Source: the human T2T-CHM13v2.0 reference genome, Homo sapiens
Direction: 5' to 3'
DNA: 64,000 bases
NCBI GenBank assembly: GCA_009914755.4
Contig: CP068257.2
Span: 12,352,001 to 12,416,000 of the forward strand
Part shown: positions 29,201 through 47,554 of the stretch, piece by piece
Position numbering within the stretch: the first letter of the stretch is position 1
How the letters are laid out: each line of letters begins with the position of its first letter
Position numbers and translations under genes: made by a program
The notes under the pieces: model-generated
Database searches by the model: none
Told to the model about the DNA's origin: nothing
What the model saw: the letters and a program-made list of their open reading frames with translations, nothing else

Positions 29201-29544
29201 CATGGCTTCCAAGTCTTAACTTACCTGGTCATTTTTCACTAGATGCTAAGTTGTCTCTTTTCATCTTAAAGAGAGATTCTTAACACAGCATCATTCTCAG
29301 GCATGGCCAGACCTGTAGGGAAGAAGGTAGAACTTACTCTTTATCCCACTTTAAATATTCTGCTTTTATAAATAGAGCCCCCATTTTTATTAATTATTGA
29401 ATCTGGTTGGATTGCCACATAATGTCTTTTCATACTGCTTTGCAATACTTCAGACATACTTGTATGGAATCTGAACATTAATGTTTCCCATCAGGATGAA
29501 AGAATAAAGGGACTAAGATAGTACACTCTTGAATTACAAGCTAA

Positions 29545-29895
29545 GTCTTTGTATTAGTCTCTTTTCATGCTGCTAATAAAGACATACCCGAGACTGGGAA
29601 GAAAAATAGGTTGAATGGATTCACAGTTTCACATGCTGGGGAGGCCTCACAATCACGGCAGAAGGCAAAAGGCACTTCTCACATGGCAGAGGCAAGAGAG
29701 AATGAGAGAGAAGCAAAAGTGGAAACCCCTTATAAAACCATCAGATTTTGTGAGACTGATTCACTACCACGAGAACAGTATGCGGGAAGTCGCCCCGGTG
29801 ATTCAGTTATCTCCCACAACACGTGGGAACTATGGAAGTACAATTCAAGATGAGATTTGGGTGGGGACACAGAGCCAAATCATATCAGTCTTAAT
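29545..29895 (-). mobile_element. MaLR LTR (THE1/MST-like), antisense
   Basis: 3' part is the reverse complement of the LTR start TGATATGGTTTGGCTGTGTCCCCACCCAAATCTCATCTTGAATTGTA. Confidence 0.7.
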
Positions 29896-32800
29896 TTGAA
29901 TCTGAAGCTTGCCCAGCATTTTCTCACGTCACCTTAATTTGCAAAAGTGGAGCTTGGGTGAAATGAGGAATGAAAGTAAGAGAGAAAGAGAAGGAGGTCA
30001 TATTGAGTGTAAAAAATGTGGCAATATAATACAGGAGAAAAAATGTTTGCTGTGGAATATTAGGGGAAAAATAACACAACAAATGAGTTCTAGTCCGTGA
30101 GCTCTCATTTGTCAACCCTGTTGATCTTGGGAAACATAGATAAGTTATCTGATCTTTAATTTTGTGATTTTTGAAGTGAAAAACACTATAATATTGCATA
30201 AATATAATGGAAATAATCAAATGAGATATTAGGTGAAAGCATTTATCTTATATTCATGTGTAATGCACACGTTCTTTCTTCCTTTCTCATCCTTGCAGTC
30301 GCATTCTCTTCCTTTTACGTCTTTCATTCCATTTAGGTGTCAAAACCACAAGTCTGGGAAAGGAATAATATGTAAGAGCAAAGATGCCTACTAGGTGGGC
30401 ACATAGAGAGCTCCTGGTGGGACAGGGACTGCAAGAGAAGAGCCACTGCTTGGAGAGATTTCTCAAAAACTCTGCCTTATGTAAATGAATTTCAACAGCA
30501 AAGTGATGACATATCCACACATTTAAATAAAATCCTTCCCCTTTCCCTGGCAGTTAATATATTGAAATATTGTATCATGTTTATCAAAGGAAAACACCAC
30601 CAAAGACCTGCTTTTTATTCTTGGCAGGTGTCCCTAATCCAGAATGACACTCTTCCCACTGACCTGGACAGGCTTTCTGGTATCAAGTCCCCCTTCCAGG
30701 TAGCCATTAACAACTATTCCAAGTTGGCATTAGAGACTAAACTAGATGGTCATAATTGGTCCTGTCTAAAATGAGAGCCATGGGGAATGCCCAATTATGA
30801 TTGGCTGTTTCCTTCCATGTTTGTGTGTGTGTGTGGGTGTCCTGATGAGGTGGTTCTCCAGATACTTGTATCTGGTATCCAGATTTTCTCTGCTTCTCCA
30901 CAGCAAGAAATGATGTAGGGCATCTCTAGGCTTGTCTTTTGCCCCTAATCCAGACTCATGGGTCTCGGGGATTAAGGGTCCTCCACCAATTCATAAGACC
31001 TTCACCTATTCTCCTTGTTACCATCATCACAAAACTTCTGTTTCTGATTGCTCCTGCTCCTCTCCCATATTTTTATTTGTCTTAGAGAAGAAAATACTTG
31101 AATTAATTTAGGTTAGTTTTTTTTCTGAGTTGTTGGTACGGTCTTCCTTGACCTTAATGTTTTTATTCCATGTTGTTATATGTACTCTGTTGGGCTCTCA
31201 AGAATCTTTTTATTATGCAATCTCTAAAAGTAACCTAAGAAATAAATTTTTATTTGATTGACAATGAAAATAAATGTCTCTGCAGTATGCAATTATGACA
31301 CATAGATTAGTTTTGAGAAAGTATTTGGTTGGTATATTTAATGTTGGACAGTGCTTCTTTAACAAGTGTATTAAACCACTCCAACAAAACTTGGTAAGAG
31401 AAAGAGTCTCCTTCAGTTTCCTTCCTGGAACTTAAGCTCATCACGGTAGGATACCCAGAATAGAAGGAAAATTGGCACTTTTTCATTGCTTGACTGGTCT
31501 GTCTTACATCTATCCTGATGCTGGCTTCAGGCAGAAAATCTCTCTGTTACTAGCTTTGAAATTTTCACAAGATATTGCAGTAATATTTAGTGATGAAGTA
31601 GGGCATTCTAAAGAATATCAGTAAGGGGTTTTCTTCTTCCTCATAGCACCCATAAGACCTTCTCTACTCCCCCACATACAAAATTTGTACCTCAGTTTTC
31701 CACATGTGGGTGCCTGGAATCTTTCTCCTATCTCCTGCTGATGTGCCCCATTAGCCAAACCCACACAGAAGCCAGAGAGGCATAGGAGAAACCTGGTGAT
31801 GTAACCCAAACAGGCAGCCCTCCCAGGTGGAGAACATTTTGGAGATAGGTAGAAAGTGAATCTATAGGATCAAATTGAAAATATGTGACACACTCTTCAT
31901 CTGCTTATTTATTGAGTACACACACACACACACAGACATGCTACTTTGCTATTAAAACACACAAACACATATATTTAAAAATTAGCAAAAATTGAAGCTA
32001 AAGCCAAGTAATTTCAAACTTGACATAATAAAATCATTTGGATACTAATAATTCAGCTATGTGCAAAGCACTTGGTAGGCACTGCAAGCAGCAGAGATGT
32101 ATGTGAGGAAAAGCAGCTGTTTCCAAAGAGCGTATAGTTAAGCAATGAAATCAGATAGCATTTTATCTCCTAGAAAGCAAAGTGTTAAGTGTAGGTGAAA
32201 CTTGGACAGTAGGATCCAGATTTGAATGCAAATAGCAACTTCTAAAATCAGAAATGTATCTTTATTAGCACCGAGGATGTGCCTATTTGAAAACAGATGA
32301 AGCAAATGAGGAGCAAGCATTCTCTTGGGAAAAATGTGGACCATACAAATCCAGCAATGACATGATTACCGGGACCCCAAAATGTTCTGAAACCCTGCGT
32401 AATGACCACCTATGAGGCTTATGACTCCTCTAGAGTGAAGTTTGCTTAATCTTTTTCTCTGATGTCTTCCTTAGTTATCTTCTTTTTAAATTAGAAAAAT
32501 TAAAACGTAGTTCCTTGGTTTTCAACATTTTTTCAAGTCTGGATGTTAATTTTTTCATGATACTACATGAGGTCAGACTCAATGGTAAAATCAATTAATG
32601 TATTTTGCTTGGAAGTCATTCTTGAAGTGAAAAAACGTTCTGCTATACTTTTGGTTTCAGCCTCTCTTTATGTTAATGAATACTAAAGAAAACAAAAGTA
32701 GCCACCTAGTTGCAAAGCATGCGCTTGTTAATCACATCACTACATAAATAAAATAAGGCTATTTACACAATTGCAAAGAATCTCTTTACATTTGATTTAC

Positions 32801-32924
32801 TGTTTTCCAAGCAGCAGCTCATGTAAGAGAGATGTTAACAGATTAAATTTCCCTTAGCATCATTCTACATCCTCGGTCAATGGATAATCTACTAGCACTG
32901 GCTCTACAACTTTACTTATTTATT

Positions 32925-33545
32925 TTTTAACTTTTATTTTAGGTTCAGGGTTACATGTGAAGGTTTGTTATGTAGGTAAACTCGTGTCACAGGGGTTTGT
33001 TGTACAGATTATTTCATCACTCTGGTATTAAGCCCAGTACCAAATAGTTACCATTTCTGCCCTTCTCCCTCCTCCCACCCTCCCCCATCAAGTAGACCCC
33101 AGTGTCTGTTGTTTCCTTCTTTGTGTTCATAACTTCTTATCATTTAGCCCCCACTTATAAGTGAGAACATGCAGCATTTAGTTTTCCGTTCCTATGTTAG
33201 TTTGTTAAGGAAAATAGCCTCCAGCTCCATCCATGTTCCTGCAAAAGACATAATCTTGTTCTCTTTGATAGCTTCATAGTATTCTATGGTATATATGTAC
33301 CACATTTTCTTTACCCAGTCTGTCCCTGATGGGCGTGTATGTTGATTCCATGTCTTTGCTATTGTGAATAGTGCTGGAATGCATTCTGTGTGCATGTGTC
33401 TTTATGGTATAATGATTTATATTTTTCTGGGTAGATACTCAGTAATGGGATTGCTGGGTCGAGTGACAGCTCTGCTTTTAGCTCTCTGAGGAATCATCAT
33501 ACTGCTTTTCTCAATGGTTGAACTAATTGCTTTACATCTTTAAAT
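32925..33545 (-). mobile_element. LINE-1 3'-terminal fragment (ORF2 C-terminus plus 3'UTR), antisense
   Basis: minus-strand ORF ...FTIAKTWNQ...KKMWYIYTIEYY...; L1 3'UTR motifs. Confidence 0.8.
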
Positions 33546-34419
33546 ATAAATCACGCATCATCCAGGTGGCTTACCCAGGACTAAGGAAGGTTTCCTACAC
33601 AAGGTGGAGGAGAAAGTGCTAGAATTCTTATATGAGAGGACCTCATGGACAGTCTCTTGTTGGAATGTTAGGACGTTGGGAGAGGAGTAGAAGTAGTAGG
33701 GCAGTGCTATGACGTAGTTCTTATCTCAGAACTGCTTTTAGCTGGTTATTTAAATGAGATGGGGAATAGATTAATTGTCCATATCAAAGAGTAATGGTAG
33801 GATTCTAATGAAGGTGAGATGGGAAAATCTCTCTCCAAGCCAAGTCCTGATCAATTACCAGGTTGTAGAACATTTAAAAAATGAGATAGATTTTATAACA
33901 GCCTGATCCTTACTTTATGAATAAAGAGATAAAGAGAAATGTGTTGGGCAAAAGTGGAGTAAGAGGGCCCACATTTCTGCATTGGATATTAAGCATCCAG
34001 GATAATGGCTACTGAGAGCAGAAACAAATAGTGTCAGTTCTAAAATTATCCTTCACTTACTTCTTGGAGAGAGTTTCCAGGCTGCAAATTAAGAAAGAAA
34101 AATATAGGCAGAACCCAACAGTATTCCTGAATAAGAAAATGAAGCCGGGATTCCTAGGAGGCCAAAGTACTTATACTTTAAAAAGACCGGGTAAGGAAGA
34201 GAAAATAGATACATGGAGAGAGTCCCATCAATCTGCAGAGGGCACCTGTTCAGTCATTATTTGAGTAGTGATCAACACGTGTATGTGAGGAAACTACTTG
34301 AGGCCAAGAACAAAGCTGTATCAGACAAGCAAGCAGAGGGAAAAAATCCTGGCAGCTTGCATAAGATCAGGAATATTTCATGTGCCTCATGGCCAGAAAG
34401 AAAAATCTCATAATTCTCG

Positions 34420-38400
<3,981 letters not shown>

Positions 38401-39039
38401 TATTCCTGACCTTTCAACAAGAAAAAGCTGAACAAACCGAAAATCAATGAATTTTCTTGGACCTGTGAGATAATTGAGGGCTCAGGGTAAACTGCCACCA
38501 GAAATCTGGAGGTGAATACAGGTAAACACAAGGAGTCCCAGCCTAAATGGAACAGAAGCTACTGGAGCCCTAAACTGATAGGGACACTAAAAATACTAAC
38601 TTTGATGAATCCCTGGAGGCTGAATATGGCCTAGTCTGAGAGTGAGAAACAGCTGGAGAGCCTGCATTTTTGTGGATTTTACTTGGAGTTACTCATAATG
38701 AAGAGCTGTGAAAAACCTTGATGTTTCTGGCAGGGGAGGAAATAAGTAAAACTTTGGAAATATGGCCAGAATACTCTGTTATAAATGTCTGCTCAGCAAG
38801 AGAAAAGACTTTACCAGGATGTTACCTGAGGTGGGGGGATAGAAATTACACAACTGCAGCCTTTTGTAAGCGTTTCTCTATAAGGGAGAAGGGGGAAGCT
38901 GAGAAACACTTGTGAAGATCACACTAGTGACACAGGCCCACTTAAAGCCTGAGACTTAATCATAGGATGACGGACTGCTTCCCCTTCTCCATACCTTACT
39001 ATCGCAACAAGCCTCACATATAAAATAACAATGGATGAT

Positions 39040-39190
<151 letters not shown>

Positions 39191-39194
39191 ATGG

Positions 39195-39290
39195 AATAGA
39201 ATAGAGTGGAGTGGAGTGGAGTGGAGAGTGGAGTGGAGTGGAGCGGAGCGGAGCAGAGTGGAGTGGAGTGGAATAGAACTGCAAGGCACA
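39195..39290. repeat. (GGAGT)n pentanucleotide block, satellite-III-like
   Basis: gagtggagtggagtggagtggagagtggagtggagtggagcggagcggagcagagtggagtggagtgg. Confidence 0.8.
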
Positions 39291-42200
39291 GACTCTTATT
39301 TAAGAGCACTTTTAGGGAAACCCAAAGACAAAATAGAAGCCAATTTACAAGAGTACGAGAAGAAATTGAAGGCTCTGGCATCTGCAGCTATAGCAAACAT
39401 TAGACAAGGCCTATCTCCTAGCCAGATAAGCATAAGACCTGTCACTAAAGGCATATTTACCTCGGATCGTATTACATGATACATACTAAATGGTTTTCAA
39501 CCAAAAAATTATGAAGTGTGCTAAAAAAGCAAGCAAAAACATAGTGTGAAAAGACAAATTAAGCATCACATCCAGATTCAGATATGGCATGGATTTTGGA
39601 ATTATCAGACAGAATTTCACTTGATCTAAGCCAAAAGGCCAAGAAGTGATATCAGACAGAATTTAAAATAACTCTCATTAATATGTTAAGAACTATAATG
39701 GATAAAATAGAGAACACATGAGTACTGTAAATAGAGACAGCTAAAAATACTAAGAACAAATCAAAAGAAAATGTTAGAAAATTTTAAAAAAGGCACTGTA
39801 ATAGTCATACTTTTGGTGGGATTATCAGTAAACTGTACGTGGCCAAAGAAAGAATAAGTGAGCTTGAAGATATGTCAGTAGACAGTTTAGCTTAGAAAGC
39901 ACAAACCAGGATAAAACCCCCCAATTTTACACCTAAGTATATCTATTAAACTGCAGAAAACTAAAGAAAAAAGGAAAATCTTAAAAGCAGCCAGGTGTGC
40001 ACCTTAACTATAGAAGAAGAAAGATAAGAATTATATCAGACTTCTTTTCAGAAATCATGCAAGAAAAAAGAGAAGAGAGTAAAATATTTAAATTACTGAA
40101 AGAGAGACACACCAATATAGAATTCCATATTCAACCAAATTATCCTTCAAAAGTGAAGAAGAAATAAAGTCTTTATCAGATGAACAAAAAGCTGAGGAAA
40201 TTCATTGCCAACAGAACTTTTCTGCAAGAAATATGAAAAGAAGTTCTTCAGAGAGAAGGAAAATGATATATATTAGAAACTTGGATTTACATAAAGAAAA
40301 GAGCATCTAAGAAGGAATAAATAAAGGTAAAATAAAATCTTTTATTTTTAAAATTCTTAATTGATCTAATACATAGCTGTTCAAAGTAATAATAATAACA
40401 ATATATTAGGTGATTATAGAATATGGGTAAGTGGAATGAATGACAGCAATGCAAAATATAAGGGATTCAACTGATGTGGGGGATGATCTAGGAAGCTGAT
40501 ATTACCATGAGGGCAATAGCACACACAGGCTTTAATGGGTAACACTTCAACGGGTTTGATTTTTGGGGAAGCCTCTTATAGCAGGAATCTGTCCAGAGAT
40601 TACAGCATGGGGTTGGCTACTCAGAAGGGAAGAGGAAAAAGGAAACATTTTGAGGAGAGGGAAATGGAGAGAAAACTTACTACCTAGGTGATGTCACTCA
40701 GCAACAAGGAAGGGATTCTCTAGGTCAGAAAACTCCAAAGTGCGTAGCAGCTTGGGGTCTTATAACCACAGGCTTGCTTTTGTCAATGGCCAGCAAATGT
40801 GAGGATATGTAAAGCAAGCAGCCTCTCAGTGACTAAAAATCTGCTTGTTTGAGCTATTTTAAAAATAACTGGATATGTAAAAATTTGAGTTTGGCCCTGT
40901 TGGGCTTTTCAGCTAGTGGGTCTCAGCATGCAGTGAAGAAATAAGCAATCTGGGGAGCAGTACACAGACATTATTTTTGACTTATTTATATAACAGTAAA
41001 GGATGGAGGGAAGGATTGGGAATGCACTATTATAAGTGCAATTACCTTATAATAGCCTATTCCCAATTCCTTCCCTCCATCCTTTGTATGAAGCTCTATA
41101 ATGTTATTTGGGAGTGAACTTAAATGCTTTTTATAGGTATATAGCAAACGCCATGGCAATCACAAATTGTGGTGTGTGTATGTGTATATTTGATATGCTA
41201 ACAGAGGAGAGAAAAATGGACTCATATAATGTGATCAGTTAAAACCAGAAAAGGCAGACAAAAAGGAGGAGAAAAAAAGAAAAAGCATAACAAATAGAAA
41301 ACAGTTACAGACATGGTAGATAAACCAACTCTATAAAAATAATAACTGTAAATGTGGAGGTCTAAACACATGCATTACAAAATAGAAATTGTCAGAGTGG
41401 ATCTAAAAATTAAATCCAACTATATGTTGCCTATAATAAATATGCTTTAAATATAAATACACAGATACATTAAAAGTAAAGGGGTGGAGAAAGATATATT
41501 CTGCTAGCACTAATCAGAAGAAGGCTGGAGTAGCTGTATTAATTTCAGACAAAGCAGACTTCAGAACAAAGAAATTTGTTAAGAATAAAAAGGATAATAT
41601 AATTATAAAGGAGTCAATTATCTAAGGAGACATAACAATCCTTAATATGTTTGTGCCAAATAACAATGAATCAAAATATGTGAAGCAAAAGTGTATGGAA
41701 TGCAAAGAGAAATAGACAAATCCACTATTATACTTGCAGACTTTTACAACCCTATTTAAATAATTTACAGATCATGTCTAACTTTTACTTGAGGAAACCA
41801 GAGAGAGGAAAGAAATTTAGGCCTAAAAGAAGCAGAAGAAAAGAATTTATAGTAATTAGAGCAGATATCAGTGAAATTAAAAACAGAAAATATTGGAGTA
41901 AATCAACAAAACCAAATGTTGGTTCCTTGAAAAGATAAATAAACTTGGTTAAATTCTAGCCAGATTAACTAAACCAAAACAAACACAAACAGAAAAAGAG
42001 AGAACATACAAATTACTAATGTTAGAAATAAAAGAGGGGTCGTTCTTGTTGATTCCATAGACATCAAAAGGATGATAAAGGGATATTATGAAAAACGCCA
42101 TGCCCACAAATGTGATGAATAGAATATACAAATTCATTAAAAGACACGACTACCCAAAATCCCACAGGGAGAATTATATAATCTGAGTAAGTCTGTGTCT

Positions 42201-44800
42201 ATTAGAGAAATTGAACTGTAATTCAAGAAAGAAAACACCAGGCCCAGATGGTTTCACTGGCGAATTTTACCAAAAGTTTAAGGAAGAATTAATATGAATT
42301 CTCTTCAATCTCCTCAAGAGAATAGAAGCAGAAGGAGCATCTCTTACCTCATTGCTATGAGACAAGCATTACTGTAAAACCAAAACCAGATAGAGACATT
42401 ACAAGAAAAGAAAACCACAGACCAATTTATCTCAAGATCATAGATGGAAAAATCCTCAGCAAACCAAATCCAACAATGTACAATTATTTACCAGGACCAA
42501 GTGGTATTTATTCCAGTTATGCAAAACTAGTATTGTATTTAAAAATCAATTAAGGCAACCCCTGACATTAACAGGAATTGATCATAATACCAATCAAAAT
42601 TCTAGCAAAATCCTATTTTATGGATATTGTGAAATTGAAGTTTAAAGTCAGTTTCAAAGTTGGAGGACTGACATTTCACATTTTACTATAAAGTTGTACG
42701 ACTATCAAGTAGAGTGGTGTTTTCAAGAAATAGACTCATAGATCAATGGAATGTGATAGAGTGCCCAGAAACAGACCCATACAAATACAGACAATGGATA
42801 TTTGACAAAGGAACAAAGGCAGTTCATTTTTCAACAAATGCTGCTAAACAATTGGATGTCCAAATGCAATGCAAAGAGAGAGAGAGAGAAAAGATTTCAA
42901 CAGAGACTTAAATGTTTCATAAAATAACTCAAAATATGATCAGTAGTCTAAATATAAAATGCAGTAATGTAAAACTTTTAGAGGGTAGGTGCAGTGGCTC
43001 ATGCCTGCAATCCCAATGCTTTGAGAAGCCAAGATGAGAGGATCACTTGAGACCAGGAACTTAAGACCAGCCTGAGCAACATATGGAGACTCTGCCTCCA
43101 CAAAAAAATAAAAAATAATAGCCAGGTGTGACCCACATCTGTAGTCCCAATCGCTTGCGAGGCTAAGGTGGGAAGATTACTTGAGCCAAGGAGTTTGAGG
43201 CTGCAGTGAGCTATCATGGCACCACTGCACTCTAGCATGGGTGACAGAGTGAGACCCTGCTTCAAAACTTCAACAACCAAACAAACCTTTAGGAGAAAAC
43301 ATAGGAGAAAGTCTATATGACCTTGGGTTTGGCAAAGCTCTTTTTTTTCCCATGCACAAAAAGCATGATCCTTGGGAAAAAATTGATAAATTATACTTTA
43401 TCAAAAGTTAAAAAAATTCTGTTTTGCAAAAGTGACTGTTAAGAGAATCAAGACACAGACTAACAGAAAATGTTTTTACACCACATAACTGATACAGAAC
43501 TTGTATCCAAAGTATACAAATAACTCTTAGACCTCAACACTAAGAAAAAAACAACAAGAGAAAACCACAAAGCCCAACTTAAAAATATGTCTACCTATTT
43601 AATGCAATTTCAATAAAAATTCATTCAGGCTTTTTCTTTGGTAGAAATTCACAGATTCTAAAATTTGCATGAAAAGAAACTGTGCGTAAGTAGCCAAAAT
43701 AAATGAAAGAGAAGACCAATTTTGGGGGCTTATACTTCATGATTTCAAGATTTATTATAAAACTACAGCGAATCAAGATCCTAGTGTAAAAATAGATGAT
43801 AGTTCATTGGAACAGAATAAAGTTTTCAGCTATAGACACATAATGACATTGACAAGAAAATGAAAAGCATTTCACAGACTGGAAAAACATTTGCAAAATG
43901 TATATCCAAACAAGGATCTATATCTAGTATATATGAAGAACTTTTACAGCTCATAAGAACACAATAAGCCAATTTAAAATGGGCAGAAGATTTGCTTAGA
44001 CACTTCACCAAAAAAGATCTATAGATGGCAAATAAGCACATGTAAATTTGCTTGGCATTTTTATTAATTAGAGAAATGCAAATTAAAAGAAGCTACCAGT
44101 ATACTCCTACTAAAAAAATGGCTAAAATTAGAAACCCTGACCAGCTAGAGCAACTACAACTCTCATATACTGCTGGTGGGTTTCTGAAATGGTACAAACA
44201 CTTGGAAAATTGTGGGAATTCTTAAAAGTGAATCATATAACCTAGCCATTGTATTTCTAAGTAGTTATCCAAAATACCTGGAAGCATATTTCTGTACAAA
44301 AAATGAGTTCATAAATGTTAATTGTTTTATTTGTAATAGCTAAAAACTTAAAATAACACAAATATTCATCAAGTAAATAAATAAATTGAAGCATACCCAT
44401 ACAGTGAAATATTGCTTATTAATAAAAATAAATGAACTCCATATGCTACAACATGGATAAATCTAAAAATTATTATGCTGACTGAAAGATGCCAGAATAC
44501 CTACTTCATAATTGCATTTATATAACATTTTGGAAAATAGGAAGTAATCTGTAGCATCAGAAATCAGATCATTGGTTGCCTGTGGGATAGATGGGGTTTG
44601 AAAGGGTGGGAGGAAAGGCTTAAAAAGAAACAGGTGGAAACTTTGGGAATACGAGTGTGTTATGTTGATTATGGAGACAGTTTTATGGATTCATGAATAT
44701 ATTTCAAAACTTATCAAATTGTAAATTTAAATACATGCAGTTTTTATGTGAAATCTTGATGTGTTTTGTCTTTTTAAAAACTTGTTATTAGAAGGTTGAA
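39290..44800 (+). mobile_element. near-full-length degenerate LINE-1 (ORF1 C-terminus plus ORF2), sense
   Basis: continuous frame-shifted similarity to L1 ORF1/ORF2 through the ORF2 C-terminus (...IAKTWN-like region around 44 kb). Confidence 0.75.
42984..43272 (+). mobile_element. Alu inserted in the L1
   Basis: Alu consensus. Confidence 0.9.
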
Positions 44801-45292
44801 TTGCTATTACTTAATTATTTTCCTCTGTTTTAGACTATAATCTTTTCAAAGTCAGGAATCCATTCTATTTTTTTTAACTTTTATTTTTAATTCAGGGTAT
44901 GTGTGCACGTTTGTTCATAGATAAATCTGTGTCTGTGACATAGATAGACTTTTGTTGTACGGATTATTTGTCACCCACGTATTAAGCCTTGTACTCATTA
45001 GCTATTTTTCCTGATACTCTCCCTCCTCCCACCCTCCACCCTCATGTAGATCCTAGTGTCTGTGTTTGCCCTGTATGTGTCCATGTCCCTGTGTTCTCAT
45101 CATTTACTCCACCTGTAAGCGAGAACATGCAGTATTTGATTTTCTGCCCCTCTTAGTTTGCTAACGATAATGACCTCCAGCTCCGTCCATGTCCTAGCAA
45201 AGGACATGATCTCATTCTTTTGTTACGGCTGCATAATATTCCATGGTGTATATGTACCACATTTTCTTTATCTGTCTACATTTTCTTTATCA

Positions 45293-45655
<363 letters not shown>

Positions 45656-46560
45656 TTTTAGGCTGTGATAATGGGTTTTCTAGATATAGGGTCATGTCAT
45701 CTGCAAACAGAGATAGTTTATCTTTCTCTTTTCCTATTTGGATGCCCTTTATTTCTTTCTCTTGCCTGATTGCCCTGGCCAGAACTTCCAGTACTATGTT
45801 GAATAGGAGTGGTGAGGAAGGACGACCTTTTCTTGTGCCGGTTTTCCAAGGGAATGCTTCCAGCTTTTGCCCATTCAGTATGATGTTGGCTGTGCGTTTG
45901 TCATATGTGGCTCTTACTATTTTGAGGTATGTTCCTTCAATACCTAGTTTATTGAGAATTTTTACCGTAAATCGATGTTGAATTTTATCAAAAGCCTTCT
46001 CTGCATCTATTGAGATAATCGTGGGTCTTTTGTCTTTAGTTCGGCTTACGTGATTAATCACATTTATTGATTTGTGTATGTTGCACCAGGCTTGTATCCC
46101 AGGAATAAACCCTACTAGATCTTGGCGCATAAGCTTTTTGATGTGCTGCTGAATTTGGTTTGCCAGTATTTTGTTGAGGATTTTTGTATTGATGTTCATC
46201 AAGAATATTTGCCTGAAGTTTTCTTTTTTTCTTATATCTGCCAGGTTTTGGTATCAGGATGCTGCTTGCCTCATAAAATAGGGAGACGTCTCATCTCAAT
46301 TTTTTTTTAATAGTTTCAATAGGAATGGTACCAGCTCTTCTTGGTACATCTGGTAAAATTCAGCTGTGAATGTCTGGTCCTGAGTTTTTTTTGGCTGGTA
46401 GGCTATGTATTACTGCCTCAGTTTCAGAGCTCATTATCAGTCTGTTCGGGGATTCAATTTCTTCCTGGTTCAGTCTTAAGAGGGTGTATGTGTCCAGGAA
46501 TGTATTAATTTCTTCTAGATTTTCTAGTTTATGTGCATAGAGGTGTTTTGCAATATTCTT

Positions 46561-46770
46561 CTGCCTCAGCCTCCCGAGTAGCTGGGATTACAGCCATGTG
46601 CCACCACGTCCTGCTAATTTTTGTATTTTTAGTAGAGACGGGGTTTCACCATGTTGGCCACGGTGGTCTCAAACTCCTTGACCGGGTTCAAACTCCTGAC
46701 CTCAGGTGATCCACCCACGTCGGCCTCCAAAAGTGCTGGGATTACAGGTGTGAGCCTATGCACCCGGCCT
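46561..46770 (-). mobile_element. partial Alu (antisense)
   Basis: reverse complement of Alu. Confidence 0.75.
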
Positions 46771-46804
46771 CCGAGTCAGCTTTTCTAAATAAAATTATAT
46801 TGGA

Positions 46805-47095
46805 ACATGGCAGTACCAGGGCAGAGGAGGGCAGGGCAATGCAGGACTGGGCCATGGCAGCGCTTGGTCAACTCCAGGGCAGGGCCAGAAGCAGCACAGG
46901 GCCAGGGCCAATGCTCAGGCCAGGGACAGGGCATGGCAGGAAGTGCCAGAGCAGGGCCAGGCCAACATTGGGGCAGGGCAAATCAGGTCAGGACACCTCC
47001 AAGTCCAGCTCTGGCCCTGCCTTGGCCCTGGCCCCTCCCTGGCCTGACCTTGTCCCTGGCCCTGCCCTATCCATGCCCTGTGTATTTGACCAATG
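46805..47095. repeat. GC-rich hexamer-like array (GGGCCA/GGGCAG)n, segment A; G-rich on + until about 46990, then C-rich
   Basis: direct reading; polarity flips after the landmark CAAATCAGGTCAGGACACCTCCAAGTCCAG. Confidence 0.85.
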
Positions 47096-47146
47096 TTTCA
47101 AAACCAGAATCCTACCAGGAACTTAAACAAATCAACTACTTTTGTG

Positions 47147-47272
47147 CATTTTTAGTAGAGACAGGGTTTCACAATGTTGCCCAGGCTGGTCCCGAACTCC
47201 TGAGCTCAAGCCATCTGCCAGCCTTGGCCTCCCAAAGTGCTGGGATTACAGGTGTGAGCCACTGCGCCAGTC
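47147..47272 (-). mobile_element. partial Alu (antisense) separating the array segments
   Basis: reverse complement of Alu. Confidence 0.8.
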
Positions 47273-47554
47273 CAAGTATTTAACCTCTTTATGCCTGTTT
47301 CCTACATTTGGAAAATGGGGATACTATAAGTAACTAGCACACAGAGTTATTGTGAGAATTAATGCCTCACATATATACATATTTATATAGTTATAGTCAT
47401 AGAACAGTACCAGAAGCAAAGAAAGTATTGGTTAAAATTTAGTGATTATTAACTACTGCAAATATTATTACTATTACAAACAACATAGTATAGATAATAT
47501 TATTACTAGTGTAGTTATCTTAAAAATCTAAAAATTTTAACTAATATCCTAATG

